Under the pieces are notes generated by a model. It was not told the origin of the DNA. It searched no databases and saw nothing but the letters and a program-made list of their open reading frames with translations. The position numbers were made by a program, and so were the translations under genes. 43,979 nucleotides of DNA from an uncultured Sulfurimonas sp. (GTDB lineage: Bacteria > Campylobacterota > Campylobacteria > Campylobacterales > Sulfurimonadaceae): the NCBI GenBank assembly GCA_964564315.1, contig CAZMBK010000001.1, forward strand, positions 1 through 43,979, given 5' to 3'. Below are positions 9,283-18,587 of the stretch, piece by piece; position 1 is the first letter of the stretch; the number at the start of each line of letters is the position of its first letter.

Positions 9283-10371
9283 ATGTATGATGTAGCTGTT
9301 ATTGGTGCTGGTATTAATGGGGCATGTATCTCTTATGAGCTTAGCAGTGCTGGTAAGAGAGTCATTCTTTTTGATGAGGGTGGTATTGCTAGTGGAGGGA
9401 GTGGTGCAGCAGGTGCATTTGTAAGTCCAAAATTTTCCAAGAGTGGAGAGCTTAAAGAGTTACTTCATACTGCATTTCTCTACTCTATGGAGTTTTATGA
9501 GAAAAACTTTCCAAAACTTTTTACAAAAGCAATTTTAATTCATATAGCAAAAGATAGTGTAGATGAAGAGATACTTCGTATATATAAAGAAAAAACTTCT
9601 TTAGAACTTTTAGAACATAAAAAACAAGCAAGGGAGTCCCTCTCCTTAAATGCAGGTATTGTAGATGCAGTGTTAATGTGTCAGGCACTCTCAAAGTCAG
9701 CAATTTTTAAGCAAGAAAAAGTGAAAAGTTTAGAGTATAGTGATGGTAGTTGGGTGATAAATGAGAGGTATAGAGCAAAAGAAGTTGTTTTAGCTACAGG
9801 GGCTTATGATACAGTCATTCATGAGCCCTATATAAAACTTCGTGGTGTTTGGGGACATAGAATAGATATAAAAACTACAACAGATAATCCTAACTCTCTG
9901 CATCAGTTTGTAAGTATCTCTCCAAGTCGTGATGGTCACTTAGCCATAGGGGCAACCCATAATGTGCATTATCATCCCCAAAGAGATACAGAGCCTTATG
10001 ATATAGCTTCAGGAAGAGAGGAGATTTTGGAAAAAGCAAGTCGAACACTCTCTTTAGAAAATGTAGAGGTTTTGAAAGATTATATGGGGCTACGTTCTGG
10101 TTCTTTTGATTATATGCCTATTATTGGTTCGCTTGTAATGTCAGGAGAAACATTGGAGAATAAATCTATTAAGTTTCAAACAAAAAAACCAAATTTTTCA
10201 GCATATAGTTACTATCCAAATTTGAGTATGATAAATGGAAGTGGTGGGTATGGATTTGTATTAGCTCCTTATCTTGCTAAACTACTCTCTGCGTATATTT
10301 TAGAAGATAAAGAGATAAGCCCTCGACTACAGAGTGCTCGTTTTTTCGCAAGATGGGCGAAAAAACTTTAA
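9283..10371 (+). CDS. FAD-dependent oxidoreductase, MnmC oxidase-domain-like (stand-alone)
   Basis: VIGAGING Rossmann motif, ASGGSG, IGATH, GLRS...DYMPIIG, GFVLAPYLA, RFFAR. No methyltransferase domain. Confidence 0.75.
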   Translation: MYDVAVIGAGINGACISYELSSAGKRVILFDEGGIASGGSGAAGAFVSPKFSKSGELKELLHTAFLYSMEFYEKNFPKLFTKAILIHIAKDSVDEEILRIYKEKTSLELLEHKKQARESLSLNAGIVDAVLMCQALSKSAIFKQEKVKSLEYSDGSWVINERYRAKEVVLATGAYDTVIHEPYIKLRGVWGHRIDIKTTTDNPNSLHQFVSISPSRDGHLAIGATHNVHYHPQRDTEPYDIASGREEILEKASRTLSLENVEVLKDYMGLRSGSFDYMPIIGSLVMSGETLENKSIKFQTKKPNFSAYSYYPNLSMINGSGGYGFVLAPYLAKLLSAYILEDKEISPRLQSARFFARWAKKL

Positions 10372-11108
10372 AGTCGAATCTTCACTACTTTGTGCGGAGA
10401 CTCTTTAAAGATCTCTTTAAAGGCATTGGCTCGAATCTCTTTCATTTTTCCTGTTGCTACAGGGGAGAGGAAGTAAGCCATCTCAATAGCCTCATCTGGA
10501 TCATAGTTGTTATCATGAAGAAAAACTACTTGCTTCCCGAGTTTAGTGACCTGTTGTGCAAGAGAGCGAGCATAAGCAATAATAGCTTTATGATGTCTAT
10601 CATACTTATGTCCCATGCCTAAAAAGACAAACTTACCACTAATACGAATATTAGGTACATCTAAGTAGTTTAGTTCTCTATCATAGCGTGTAAATTGTGA
10701 AGATGTAAGTTTATCTATATCTGAATCAAACTCTTCTATGATTGGAGTTGGTGCGATATTTGGACGGTTGTATCCAAAAAGGTACTTAATCTCTACTAGT
10801 TTTCCAGGGTATATATGTTTAAGTCCTGCATTTATAACATAACTCATTGGATCCTCAGTGAGTGGTACAAATTCATCATACTTATCAAAGCCATCCTCTT
10901 GTAAAAAATGACTCATTGAGTAACCTACAGGGGTAAGCTCAGGGTTATAGAGGATGACCGTTCCACAGACACTTTTTCTCTTTTTTTTGAGCATCTGCTT
11001 AAGATCTTCACTTGTAATCTGATCTTCATCATTTTCATTTAAGTAGATATAGTGACCATTTATATAGTCCATATCAAAGTTAGTCGTAAATTTTCCAAAT
11101 ATTTGCAT
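10368..11108 (-). CDS. Hypothetical protein, possible divergent DUF1643/UDG-like fold
   Basis: 246-aa ORF with AGGA RBS and upstream TATAAT. Motif order VILYNP...EDP...KYLF...VFLGMG...SPV resembles DUF1643. Confidence 0.65.
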   Translation of the reverse strand: MQIFGKFTTNFDMDYINGHYIYLNENDEDQITSEDLKQMLKKKRKSVCGTVILYNPELTPVGYSMSHFLQEDGFDKYDEFVPLTEDPMSYVINAGLKHIYPGKLVEIKYLFGYNRPNIAPTPIIEEFDSDIDKLTSSQFTRYDRELNYLDVPNIRISGKFVFLGMGHKYDRHHKAIIAYARSLAQQVTKLGKQVVFLHDNNYDPDEAIEMAYFLSPVATGKMKEIRANAFKEIFKESPHKVVKIRL

Positions 11109-11135
11109 ATATATTTTCCTACTTTTATTAACGCA

Positions 11136-11190
11136 ATTATAGCGAATAATATAGGATTTAATTTAATTAAAGAAAGAGTTGCAGTATAAT
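11136..11190. promoter_or_regulatory. Divergent sigma70-type -10 boxes
   Basis: TATAAT on the minus strand (ATTATA 11136-11141) and on the plus strand (11185-11190), between divergent genes. Confidence 0.5.
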
Positions 11191-11221
11191 TTAGTATAGA
11201 AGATTATATATAGGATGTTAA

Positions 11222-12139
11222 ATGATAAAAATAGTGTTTTTTCTTTTGTTGATAACAGGCTTATCTGCAAAAACAATTACTCCAACTGATGTGTATGCAC
11301 AGGTGATGCTTATTAATGATGAGATGCATCTTTTACTAAAGCATTATGGTGTTTCATATGATGATGTAAAGATTACAGAGCAGACGGCCATAAAAACACC
11401 ACTTAAGCCGAGGAATGTTTGGCAGATGACATATGAGATATCGATCAAAATAAATATGTTACGTGTATCAAATAAATTGCCAATGATAGAACCTATAAAT
11501 ATGGAGCCTGTACTTAATCTAAATCTTGATTTGGTGTATGAGCAAACACAAAGAATTTTAGCAGAGATTAAAATTTTTAAGTTTAGAAAAGATATTAATA
11601 CACTTGTTATAGCAAAAAAAATAGAGTATAGAAATAAAACACCTCTTGATGTTTTTAATGCTTTAAATAAGATATCGGTGATGTTTGATATGCTTAATCA
11701 GTCAGGTTTTACTCCCTCTTATGTATTTGGTGAGAGTATGAGAATTTATAATGATTTAACTACAGTACTAAATTATCTCTCTATAGACGATAACACTGCA
11801 CCAAGTGCAAGGAATAATAAAGCAACATCTACAGATACTTTTGAGGTCTCTATGGAAATTTTAGAAAAGATAAAACAGATACAGTTTAGTGTAGGTATAG
11901 CAACTGTTGATTTTTCTGCATTTAGAAAGGGGAAAGTAACACCAAGTAAGGTTTTTACAATGAACCAGATGATACTAGCAGAGCTACAGACAATAAAAGC
12001 ATATGTTGGTTTAACACACTATATTACTCCAGCTGCAAGCATTTATGTAGGTAAAACTCCTGCTGATGTAGATCAGCTGATGAGCTGGTGTTTAAGGAAA
12101 GTAGTGCTTTTACGTACAGATGTTAGGAGATTAAGATGA
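11222..12139 (+). CDS. Exported helical-repeat protein (8 x TPxDV-led helices)
   Basis: Signal peptide MIKIVFFLLLITGLSA; repeats TPTDVY, KPRNVW, NLDLVY, TPLDVF, TPSYVF, TSTDTF, TPSKVF, TPADVD; ATGA overlap with the next gene. Confidence 0.8.
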   Translation: MIKIVFFLLLITGLSAKTITPTDVYAQVMLINDEMHLLLKHYGVSYDDVKITEQTAIKTPLKPRNVWQMTYEISIKINMLRVSNKLPMIEPINMEPVLNLNLDLVYEQTQRILAEIKIFKFRKDINTLVIAKKIEYRNKTPLDVFNALNKISVMFDMLNQSGFTPSYVFGESMRIYNDLTTVLNYLSIDDNTAPSARNNKATSTDTFEVSMEILEKIKQIQFSVGIATVDFSAFRKGKVTPSKVFTMNQMILAELQTIKAYVGLTHYITPAASIYVGKTPADVDQLMSWCLRKVVLLRTDVRRLR

Positions 12140-15100
12140 GTTTTAAAATGTCACTAGAAAATAAAATGTTTTATATATTTAGTTTAGTTATTCTCTTAGG
12201 TGTTGGTTCCATAGGATGGATAGGTTACTCAAGTGCACATGATGCATATTTAAGTGCTTTTAATGATTTAAGCTCTAAAGATACTGAAACTATACAGCTC
12301 TCTATAGAAGCAAATTTAGAGAGTGTTCCTAAAGATATTCGTTTTTTGAGTGAAAATTATGCATTAAAACGGTACATGACATGGAAAACTATATCGGTAG
12401 ACAAGCAGTCTCAAAAATGGAAAACGATTTTTTCAGATATTTTAGAAGATTTTTTAGAGACACAAAAAAATTACTATAAAATAAGAGTTATAGGTTTGGA
12501 TGGAAATGAGCTTATTGTTGCATCGTATGACTCTGTCCATGATGTTGCAGATATAAAATCTCAAATGCAGTTACAAAATAAACAAGGTAGAAATTATGTT
12601 GAGATACCAAAAAGACTAAAGAAAGGTGAGTTCTATGCCTCAAAGATGAATTTAAATATAGAAAATGGAAAGATATTAAAACCTTATATTCCTGTTATCC
12701 GCTACTCTACACCTATGTATGATGGAAACAATGTATTAATCGGGATTTTTGTGGCAAGTGCTTATGCAAATCAAGTTTTAAACCTTATTGCTAAAAATGA
12801 GAGTAAAAATGCAGATAAACAGGTCTCTTATTTTTTAATTGATGATATAGGTGACTATCTTTATAATAAAGATAAACAGAAGCTTTGGGGAACACAACTC
12901 AAGCATGGCTTTAACTTTAAAAGTGAGTATCCAACAGTAGCAAAGCATATTAAAGGGGATGAGGGAACTTTTAGTGTAGATGGAAAACTATACTCTTTTC
13001 ATAAAATCTATCCATTAAAGGGCTCGGTAGAGAAGTATTGGTATATTATCTCTTATGTGGATGAGAGTGTAGCATTAGCGAAACTAGAAAATTTTAATAA
13101 GTTATTTCTTTCGATTTTACTATTTGTTTTAGTGTTAAGCTTTCTTATTATTCGTTTTTATCTTCGTAAAATTACACGACCACTCTCTTTAGTTACAGGG
13201 CAACTCAAGGCTCTTTCTCATGGTGTTATTAGTAGAGTTGAAATAGAGTATAGTGCACATGATGAGGTTGGAGAGATTGTGCACTCTTCTGCAAAACTTG
13301 TGGATGCCATTGAGACTATAATTGTTCAGGTAAATGCTGTTGCTGCAGGGGAGTTTACAAAAGATATTCAACTTTTGAGTAAAAATGATAAATTAGGTTT
13401 AGCTATCACAAATATGACAAAAAGATTAAAGGAGATTTCACTTTTAGCACAGAAACTTTCAGTAGGAAATTATGATACAAAAATAATTGTTAAGAGTGGT
13501 GAAGATACCCTTGGTTTAGCTTTTATGGATACTATATCTTACCTTGAAACAGTGACAGAGGTTGCAGAGTCTATAGCAAGAGGTGAGATAGATATAGAGT
13601 ATAAGGCAGTAGGAGAGGATGATAGACTTGGAATAGCTATGTTAAGAATGATAAGTTATCTTAAGACCATACTACATCAAGCAAATGCTATTACAAAAGA
13701 GGACTTTTCAGATAACATTGTTGCACAATCAAATAGAGACGAGTTGAGTCTTGCTTTAGCTAGAATGACTGAGATACTTCGAGAAAATAGTGAAAAAAGT
13801 GCTGATGAAATCTATTTTAATGAGGGTATTAGTTCTTATAGTGACACATTAAGTGGTGTGAGTGACACGGCGCTTTTAGCAAAAAAATCTATAGTAACAG
13901 CAAGTCGTTATGTTGGTGCGAGTAGTGGAGCAGTGTATGCTTTTAATAGGGAGAGTAAAACCTTAAATCTAATTGCTTCATTTGCCTTTAATATACGTGA
14001 TGATCGCTCAAATAGTTTTACACTTGGTGAGGGAGTAGTGGGTCAGGTTGCACTTGAAAAAGAGGTCATTTTACTTCGTAATATAAAAGATGATGGAATT
14101 ACAGTCATGAGTGGTCTTACAATCTCTAAACCAAAAGAGATCTATACCCTCCCTCTTATTCACGAGGGTGAGCTTTTAGGAGTGGTTGAGTTTATGACTT
14201 TTGAGTCATTTAATAGTGTGCAAAAAGAGTATCTCCTTAAAACATCTTCTATCTTCGCAACTTCTCTCTATGCAACATCTCAAAACTTACAGATAAAACA
14301 GTTGCTTGAAAAATCACAAAGTGCATTTGAAGAGTTACAAACACAGAGTGAAGAGTTACAAGAGTCAAATGTTCAGATGGAAGAGCAACAGCAGCAGTTA
14401 GCACTTCAAGCTAAAGAGATGAAAATTAAAAATAAAGAGTTATTAGAAGCGAAAGAGGATCTCGATAAAAGAGCCAATGATTTAGAAAAAGCAAGTCAGT
14501 ATAAGAGTGAGTTTTTGGCAAATATGTCACATGAACTTCGTACTCCTCTTAACTCAATTATACTCCTCTCAAAACTACTTACTCAAAATCAGAGTGGTAA
14601 TTTAAAAGAGGGTGATATCTCGAAAACAGCGGTTATTCATAAAGCAGGAAATGATCTTTTACTGCTTATTAATGATATTTTAGATTTAAGTAAAATTGAG
14701 TCAGGAAATATGGAATTAATAGTAGAAGAGATAGAAACAAGTAGCATAATCGATGAATTAGAGGGACTCTTTGGTGAACTGGCAAAAGAGAAAAACATTC
14801 TCTTTAAAATAGAAGATACATTTAAATCAAAATTTAAAACAGATAAAACAAAATTACTACAGGTACTAAAAAACCTTCTAAGTAATGCATTTAAATTTAC
14901 AAAAGAGGGGAGTGTAGTACTCTCCATTTATAAAAAAGAGAATTTACTGGCATTAGAGGTACAAGATAGTGGAATAGGGATACCTCAAGAGAAACTAAAT
15001 TTTATTTTTGAAGCCTTTAAACAGGTGGATGGAAGTATAAGTCGGGAGTACGGTGGAACGGGACTTGGACTCTCAATAAGCAAAAAATTTATTGATCTTA

Positions 15101-15657
15101 TGGGTGGAATTATAGAGGTAGAGTCTCAAGCTAAGAAAGGTTCTACATTTAGAGTGCTTTTACCACTACAAGAGAATACATTTGTAGAGAAAAAGGCACT
15201 CTTACCTGCTACATCATTAGAAACTCAAGAGCTTGAAGCACCCTTTGTTCTTGAGAATGATATGCTCTTTTCTTCTGAAATTTTGCATGGAAAAAATATT
15301 ATGATAGTGGATGATGATAGCCGAAATATTTTTACACTCTCCTCTGTACTACAGGAGTTAGGAGCAGAAACATATAGTGCGCTTAATGGTGAAGAAGCTA
15401 TAAAACTACTGCATGAAGAAGATGTAGAGATGGATATTATTTTAATGGATATTATGATGCCTATTATGGATGGTTTAGAAGCTATAAAGCAGATTAAAAT
15501 GGATGATGAGTTCAAGCATATTCCCATTATTGCGGTGACTGCTAAGACCATGAAAAAAGATAAAGAGATGTGTTTTGAAGCAGGAGCAAACGATTACCTT
15601 CCTAAACCAATAGATCAAAATGCACTTGTTTCTATTTTACAAGCTTGGAGTAAATAG
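12136..15657 (+). CDS. Hybrid sensor histidine kinase (TM-Cache-TM-5xHAMP-GAF-coiled coil-HisKA-HATPase-REC)
   Basis: Two TMs flank a Cache-like region (PVIRYSTPMYD); HAMP repeats; GAF (GEGVVGQVA...LPLIHEGELLGVVE); FLANMSHELRTPLN, NLLSNAFKFT, GGTGLGL; REC VDDDSRN...LMDIMMP. Confidence 0.93.
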   Translation: MSFKMSLENKMFYIFSLVILLGVGSIGWIGYSSAHDAYLSAFNDLSSKDTETIQLSIEANLESVPKDIRFLSENYALKRYMTWKTISVDKQSQKWKTIFSDILEDFLETQKNYYKIRVIGLDGNELIVASYDSVHDVADIKSQMQLQNKQGRNYVEIPKRLKKGEFYASKMNLNIENGKILKPYIPVIRYSTPMYDGNNVLIGIFVASAYANQVLNLIAKNESKNADKQVSYFLIDDIGDYLYNKDKQKLWGTQLKHGFNFKSEYPTVAKHIKGDEGTFSVDGKLYSFHKIYPLKGSVEKYWYIISYVDESVALAKLENFNKLFLSILLFVLVLSFLIIRFYLRKITRPLSLVTGQLKALSHGVISRVEIEYSAHDEVGEIVHSSAKLVDAIETIIVQVNAVAAGEFTKDIQLLSKNDKLGLAITNMTKRLKEISLLAQKLSVGNYDTKIIVKSGEDTLGLAFMDTISYLETVTEVAESIARGEIDIEYKAVGEDDRLGIAMLRMISYLKTILHQANAITKEDFSDNIVAQSNRDELSLALARMTEILRENSEKSADEIYFNEGISSYSDTLSGVSDTALLAKKSIVTASRYVGASSGAVYAFNRESKTLNLIASFAFNIRDDRSNSFTLGEGVVGQVALEKEVILLRNIKDDGITVMSGLTISKPKEIYTLPLIHEGELLGVVEFMTFESFNSVQKEYLLKTSSIFATSLYATSQNLQIKQLLEKSQSAFEELQTQSEELQESNVQMEEQQQQLALQAKEMKIKNKELLEAKEDLDKRANDLEKASQYKSEFLANMSHELRTPLNSIILLSKLLTQNQSGNLKEGDISKTAVIHKAGNDLLLLINDILDLSKIESGNMELIVEEIETSSIIDELEGLFGELAKEKNILFKIEDTFKSKFKTDKTKLLQVLKNLLSNAFKFTKEGSVVLSIYKKENLLALEVQDSGIGIPQEKLNFIFEAFKQVDGSISREYGGTGLGLSISKKFIDLMGGIIEVESQAKKGSTFRVLLPLQENTFVEKKALLPATSLETQELEAPFVLENDMLFSSEILHGKNIMIVDDDSRNIFTLSSVLQELGAETYSALNGEEAIKLLHEEDVEMDIILMDIMMPIMDGLEAIKQIKMDDEFKHIPIIAVTAKTMKKDKEMCFEAGANDYLPKPIDQNALVSILQAWSK

Positions 15658-15660
15658 TCT

Positions 15661-17319
15661 TTGCTACACTTTTTAGAACTTCAAAATAGCTATAAAATAG
15701 AGATAATAGATAGTGTAGAAGAAGATTTAGAGAGACTAGAAACTCTTCTCTGTGCTCCTGTTACTTTTTATGAAATACATTTTAAAAATCTCTATTTTTT
15801 ACCTTCTAAATGTATAGACATACTTTATAATGCACAAGTTATACATAAAAAAAAGATTCAGATTTACATGAATAAAAGTAAACTATCAAAGTACCTTTAT
15901 AAACTTGGTTTTCACACTAATTTTACTTTTGAGATGCCACCTTCTAGTAAAAAAAAAGAGATTATTGTAATAGGTGGTAGTAGTAATAGTAGTGAAAAGG
16001 TTATAGAGATTCTCTCTCAGATTGAGACAAAAAAATTTATTATATTTATAATACAGCATATTAGTAGTGATTTTAAAATGAGTTTTGATACTGTTATTAG
16101 TAGATATGTAGAGAGTATTGTGCTCTATGCAAAAGATGGGATGAGTCTGCAAAAAGGTCATATTTATATTGCACCTGCTAATAAACATTTAAGAGTAGAG
16201 AGTGGAGAAATAGTACTAGAAAACACTCCTGTAGTAAATGGGGCAAGACCCTCTATATCTGTCAGTTTTCATTCTTTAGCTGAAATGTATGGAGACTCTC
16301 TTTTAGCAATACTTACATGTGGTTATGGTTCGGATGGTGTAGATACTTTAGGATTTCTTAAAAGTGTAGGTTCCTTGAGTATTATTCAGGATGCTAGGGA
16401 GTGTGAGGCTGATACAATTCCTCTTAAAGCAAGACAACAGGGGATTTATGATTATATATTAAAAACAGAAAATATAGTTCGTTATATAGAACTTATACAA
16501 AAAGAATTTCTTACTAAAGATAAGGCTGTATCGTATCTTTTAGAGAAGATTAGTATTATTTATGAGTATAATTTTCAAGAGTATGGTCGTGACTCTATTT
16601 TGCGACGAATAGAGTATTTTAGGATAAAATATAAAATAGAAGATTTAACTTCTCTATTGGTTTTAGTTTTATTTAATTCTTCTGCATTTAAAGCACTTTT
16701 TTTGGAGTTATCAATAAATGTAACAGAGTTCTTTAGAAAAGAGTTGTCATCAAAAAATATGATCCACTTAATAGAAAAAGAGCATAAGAATTGTTATAAT
16801 ATTAAAATATGGAGTGCTGGATGTAGTTCTGGAAAAGAGGTCTACTCAACAGCAATTATTTTAAATGAATTGGGTGTTTTAAATAAAAGTGTTATTTATG
16901 CGACAGATTTCAACCCTGTAATTATTGAAGAAGCAAAAAATGCTATTTATGATCGAAACTCATATGAGAAAGCAAAAGTTAGATATGAAAATTTAGGTCT
17001 TAGTGGAGATTTACAGCATTACTTTCGGGTTAATGAACAGTATGTACAGGTAGCAGATTTTATTAGAAAACAAGTTCATTTTTTTGTACATAATCTTGAA
17101 AAAGATAGTGTTTTTAATGAATTTGATATAATAGAATGTAAAAATGTTTTGATTTATTTTAATGATCTACTTACTGAGAGAGTTTTTAAACTTTTTTATG
17201 ACTCTTTAAAGTTTGGTGGGCACCTTTTAATAGGTGAGAGTGAAGAGATACCTAAGTTGTTTGAGAGTAAATTTAAAAAGTGTAGTGATGATTGTAAAAT
17301 ATATAGGAAAGTAGTGTAA
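15661..17319 (+). CDS. CheB methylesterase-CheR methyltransferase fusion with N-terminal STAS-like domain
   Basis: TTG start. CheB motifs IGGSSNS, IIQH, IYIAP, RPSI, LTCGYGSDG; CheR motifs INVTEFFR, IWSAGCSSGKEVYS, YATD, HNL, CKNVLIYF. Confidence 0.88.
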   Translation: MLHFLELQNSYKIEIIDSVEEDLERLETLLCAPVTFYEIHFKNLYFLPSKCIDILYNAQVIHKKKIQIYMNKSKLSKYLYKLGFHTNFTFEMPPSSKKKEIIVIGGSSNSSEKVIEILSQIETKKFIIFIIQHISSDFKMSFDTVISRYVESIVLYAKDGMSLQKGHIYIAPANKHLRVESGEIVLENTPVVNGARPSISVSFHSLAEMYGDSLLAILTCGYGSDGVDTLGFLKSVGSLSIIQDARECEADTIPLKARQQGIYDYILKTENIVRYIELIQKEFLTKDKAVSYLLEKISIIYEYNFQEYGRDSILRRIEYFRIKYKIEDLTSLLVLVLFNSSAFKALFLELSINVTEFFRKELSSKNMIHLIEKEHKNCYNIKIWSAGCSSGKEVYSTAIILNELGVLNKSVIYATDFNPVIIEEAKNAIYDRNSYEKAKVRYENLGLSGDLQHYFRVNEQYVQVADFIRKQVHFFVHNLEKDSVFNEFDIIECKNVLIYFNDLLTERVFKLFYDSLKFGGHLLIGESEEIPKLFESKFKKCSDDCKIYRKVV

Positions 17320-18587
17320 TGAAGAGAATTTTATGTGTTGATGATATTCAGACTAACCTGTTTACATTAGAAGCACTATTTGAGTCAAACTTTGAAAAAG
17401 AGTATGAAATCCTTAGTGCATCTTCGGGGAAAGCAGCTTTATGTATTTTACTTCGTGAAACGGTAGATTTAATTCTTTTAGATGTTATGATGCCGGAACT
17501 TGATGGTTTTGAGACAGCAAAGTTAATTAAAAAAAACAGAAAGACAAAAGATCTTCCTATTATATTTTTGACAGCCAAAAAAGATGAAGAGACCGTGACT
17601 ACTTGTTATGAGGTTGGTGCTGTTGATTATATGAGTAAACCTTTTAATGCAAATGAACTTTTTGCGAGAGTAAAGTTTCATTTAGATTTAGTTGAGAGTA
17701 AACTTATTTTGAAAAAAGAACGTGATTTGATTCAAAATATTTTAGATACACAAGATAATTTGGTAATTGTTACAAATGGTAAAAATATTATTAAGATTAA
17801 CTCTGCTGTATCGAATGTGTATGGTGTAAAAGGTATTGAAAATTTTATTGAAAAGTATGGATGTGTTTGTAATACTTTTATTGAAAAAGAGGGATACTTT
17901 AGTTTAGCAGAAGTTTCTGATAATGAGTTTTGGATAGATGTTTTACAAAAGAGATTACATAATGATAATGTTGTTGTTTTAGTGAAAAATAGAGAGAGTG
18001 AAAAAATGAACTCTTTTGATGTTAAAGTGAAAAAATTTGATGAGAATTATATTTTAAGTTTGACAAATATTACCTATATAGATAGCGAAAATAAAGAGTA
18101 TGCACATCAAGCTTATTATGATTCTCTTACAAATATCTACAATAGAAATAGACTCCAAGAGTTATTTACTTTAGAAATAAAAAAAGCACAAGAAGCACAT
18201 ACTACATTTTCATATATCATGATAGATATTGATCACTTTAAAGCAGTCAATGATAGATATGGTCACTTGATAGGTGATGAAGTTCTTATTAAATTGGCAA
18301 AGTTAATCAGTCAAAATATTCGTGATAGCGATATATTTGCACGTTGGGGTGGAGAGGAGTTTGTATTACTTTTGCCAGATGTAAATGCAAAACTTGCTGA
18401 GAAAATAGTTACACAATTACGTATAAAAGTTGAAGAGGAACCATTTAAAGAAATAGGGCATATTACATGTAGTTTTGGGCTCACGGAGTATCTTGTGGGT
18501 GATACAATTAAAACTATTACAAAACGTGCGGATGATGCACTCTATGCAGCAAAAGCAGGTGGAAGAAATAGGGTTTGTAGAAGATGA
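17319..18587 (+). CDS. Response regulator diguanylate cyclase (REC-PAS-like-GGDEF)
   Basis: REC (CVDD...LLDVMMP); DIDHFKAVNDRYGH; RDSD I-site; RWGGEEF; ALYAAKAGGRN. Confidence 0.93.
   Translation: MKRILCVDDIQTNLFTLEALFESNFEKEYEILSASSGKAALCILLRETVDLILLDVMMPELDGFETAKLIKKNRKTKDLPIIFLTAKKDEETVTTCYEVGAVDYMSKPFNANELFARVKFHLDLVESKLILKKERDLIQNILDTQDNLVIVTNGKNIIKINSAVSNVYGVKGIENFIEKYGCVCNTFIEKEGYFSLAEVSDNEFWIDVLQKRLHNDNVVVLVKNRESEKMNSFDVKVKKFDENYILSLTNITYIDSENKEYAHQAYYDSLTNIYNRNRLQELFTLEIKKAQEAHTTFSYIMIDIDHFKAVNDRYGHLIGDEVLIKLAKLISQNIRDSDIFARWGGEEFVLLLPDVNAKLAEKIVTQLRIKVEEEPFKEIGHITCSFGLTEYLVGDTIKTITKRADDALYAAKAGGRNRVCRR

Noticed and set aside
10353-10622. 89-aa plus-strand ORF after the oxidoreductase
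   Set aside because: It is antisense to the longer 246-aa gene, which has its own RBS and -10 box.
12136-15657. Possible chemoreceptor (MCP), given Cache + HAMP next to cheB/cheR
   Set aside because: There is no MCP signalling hairpin; clear HisKA/HATPase/REC motifs are present instead.
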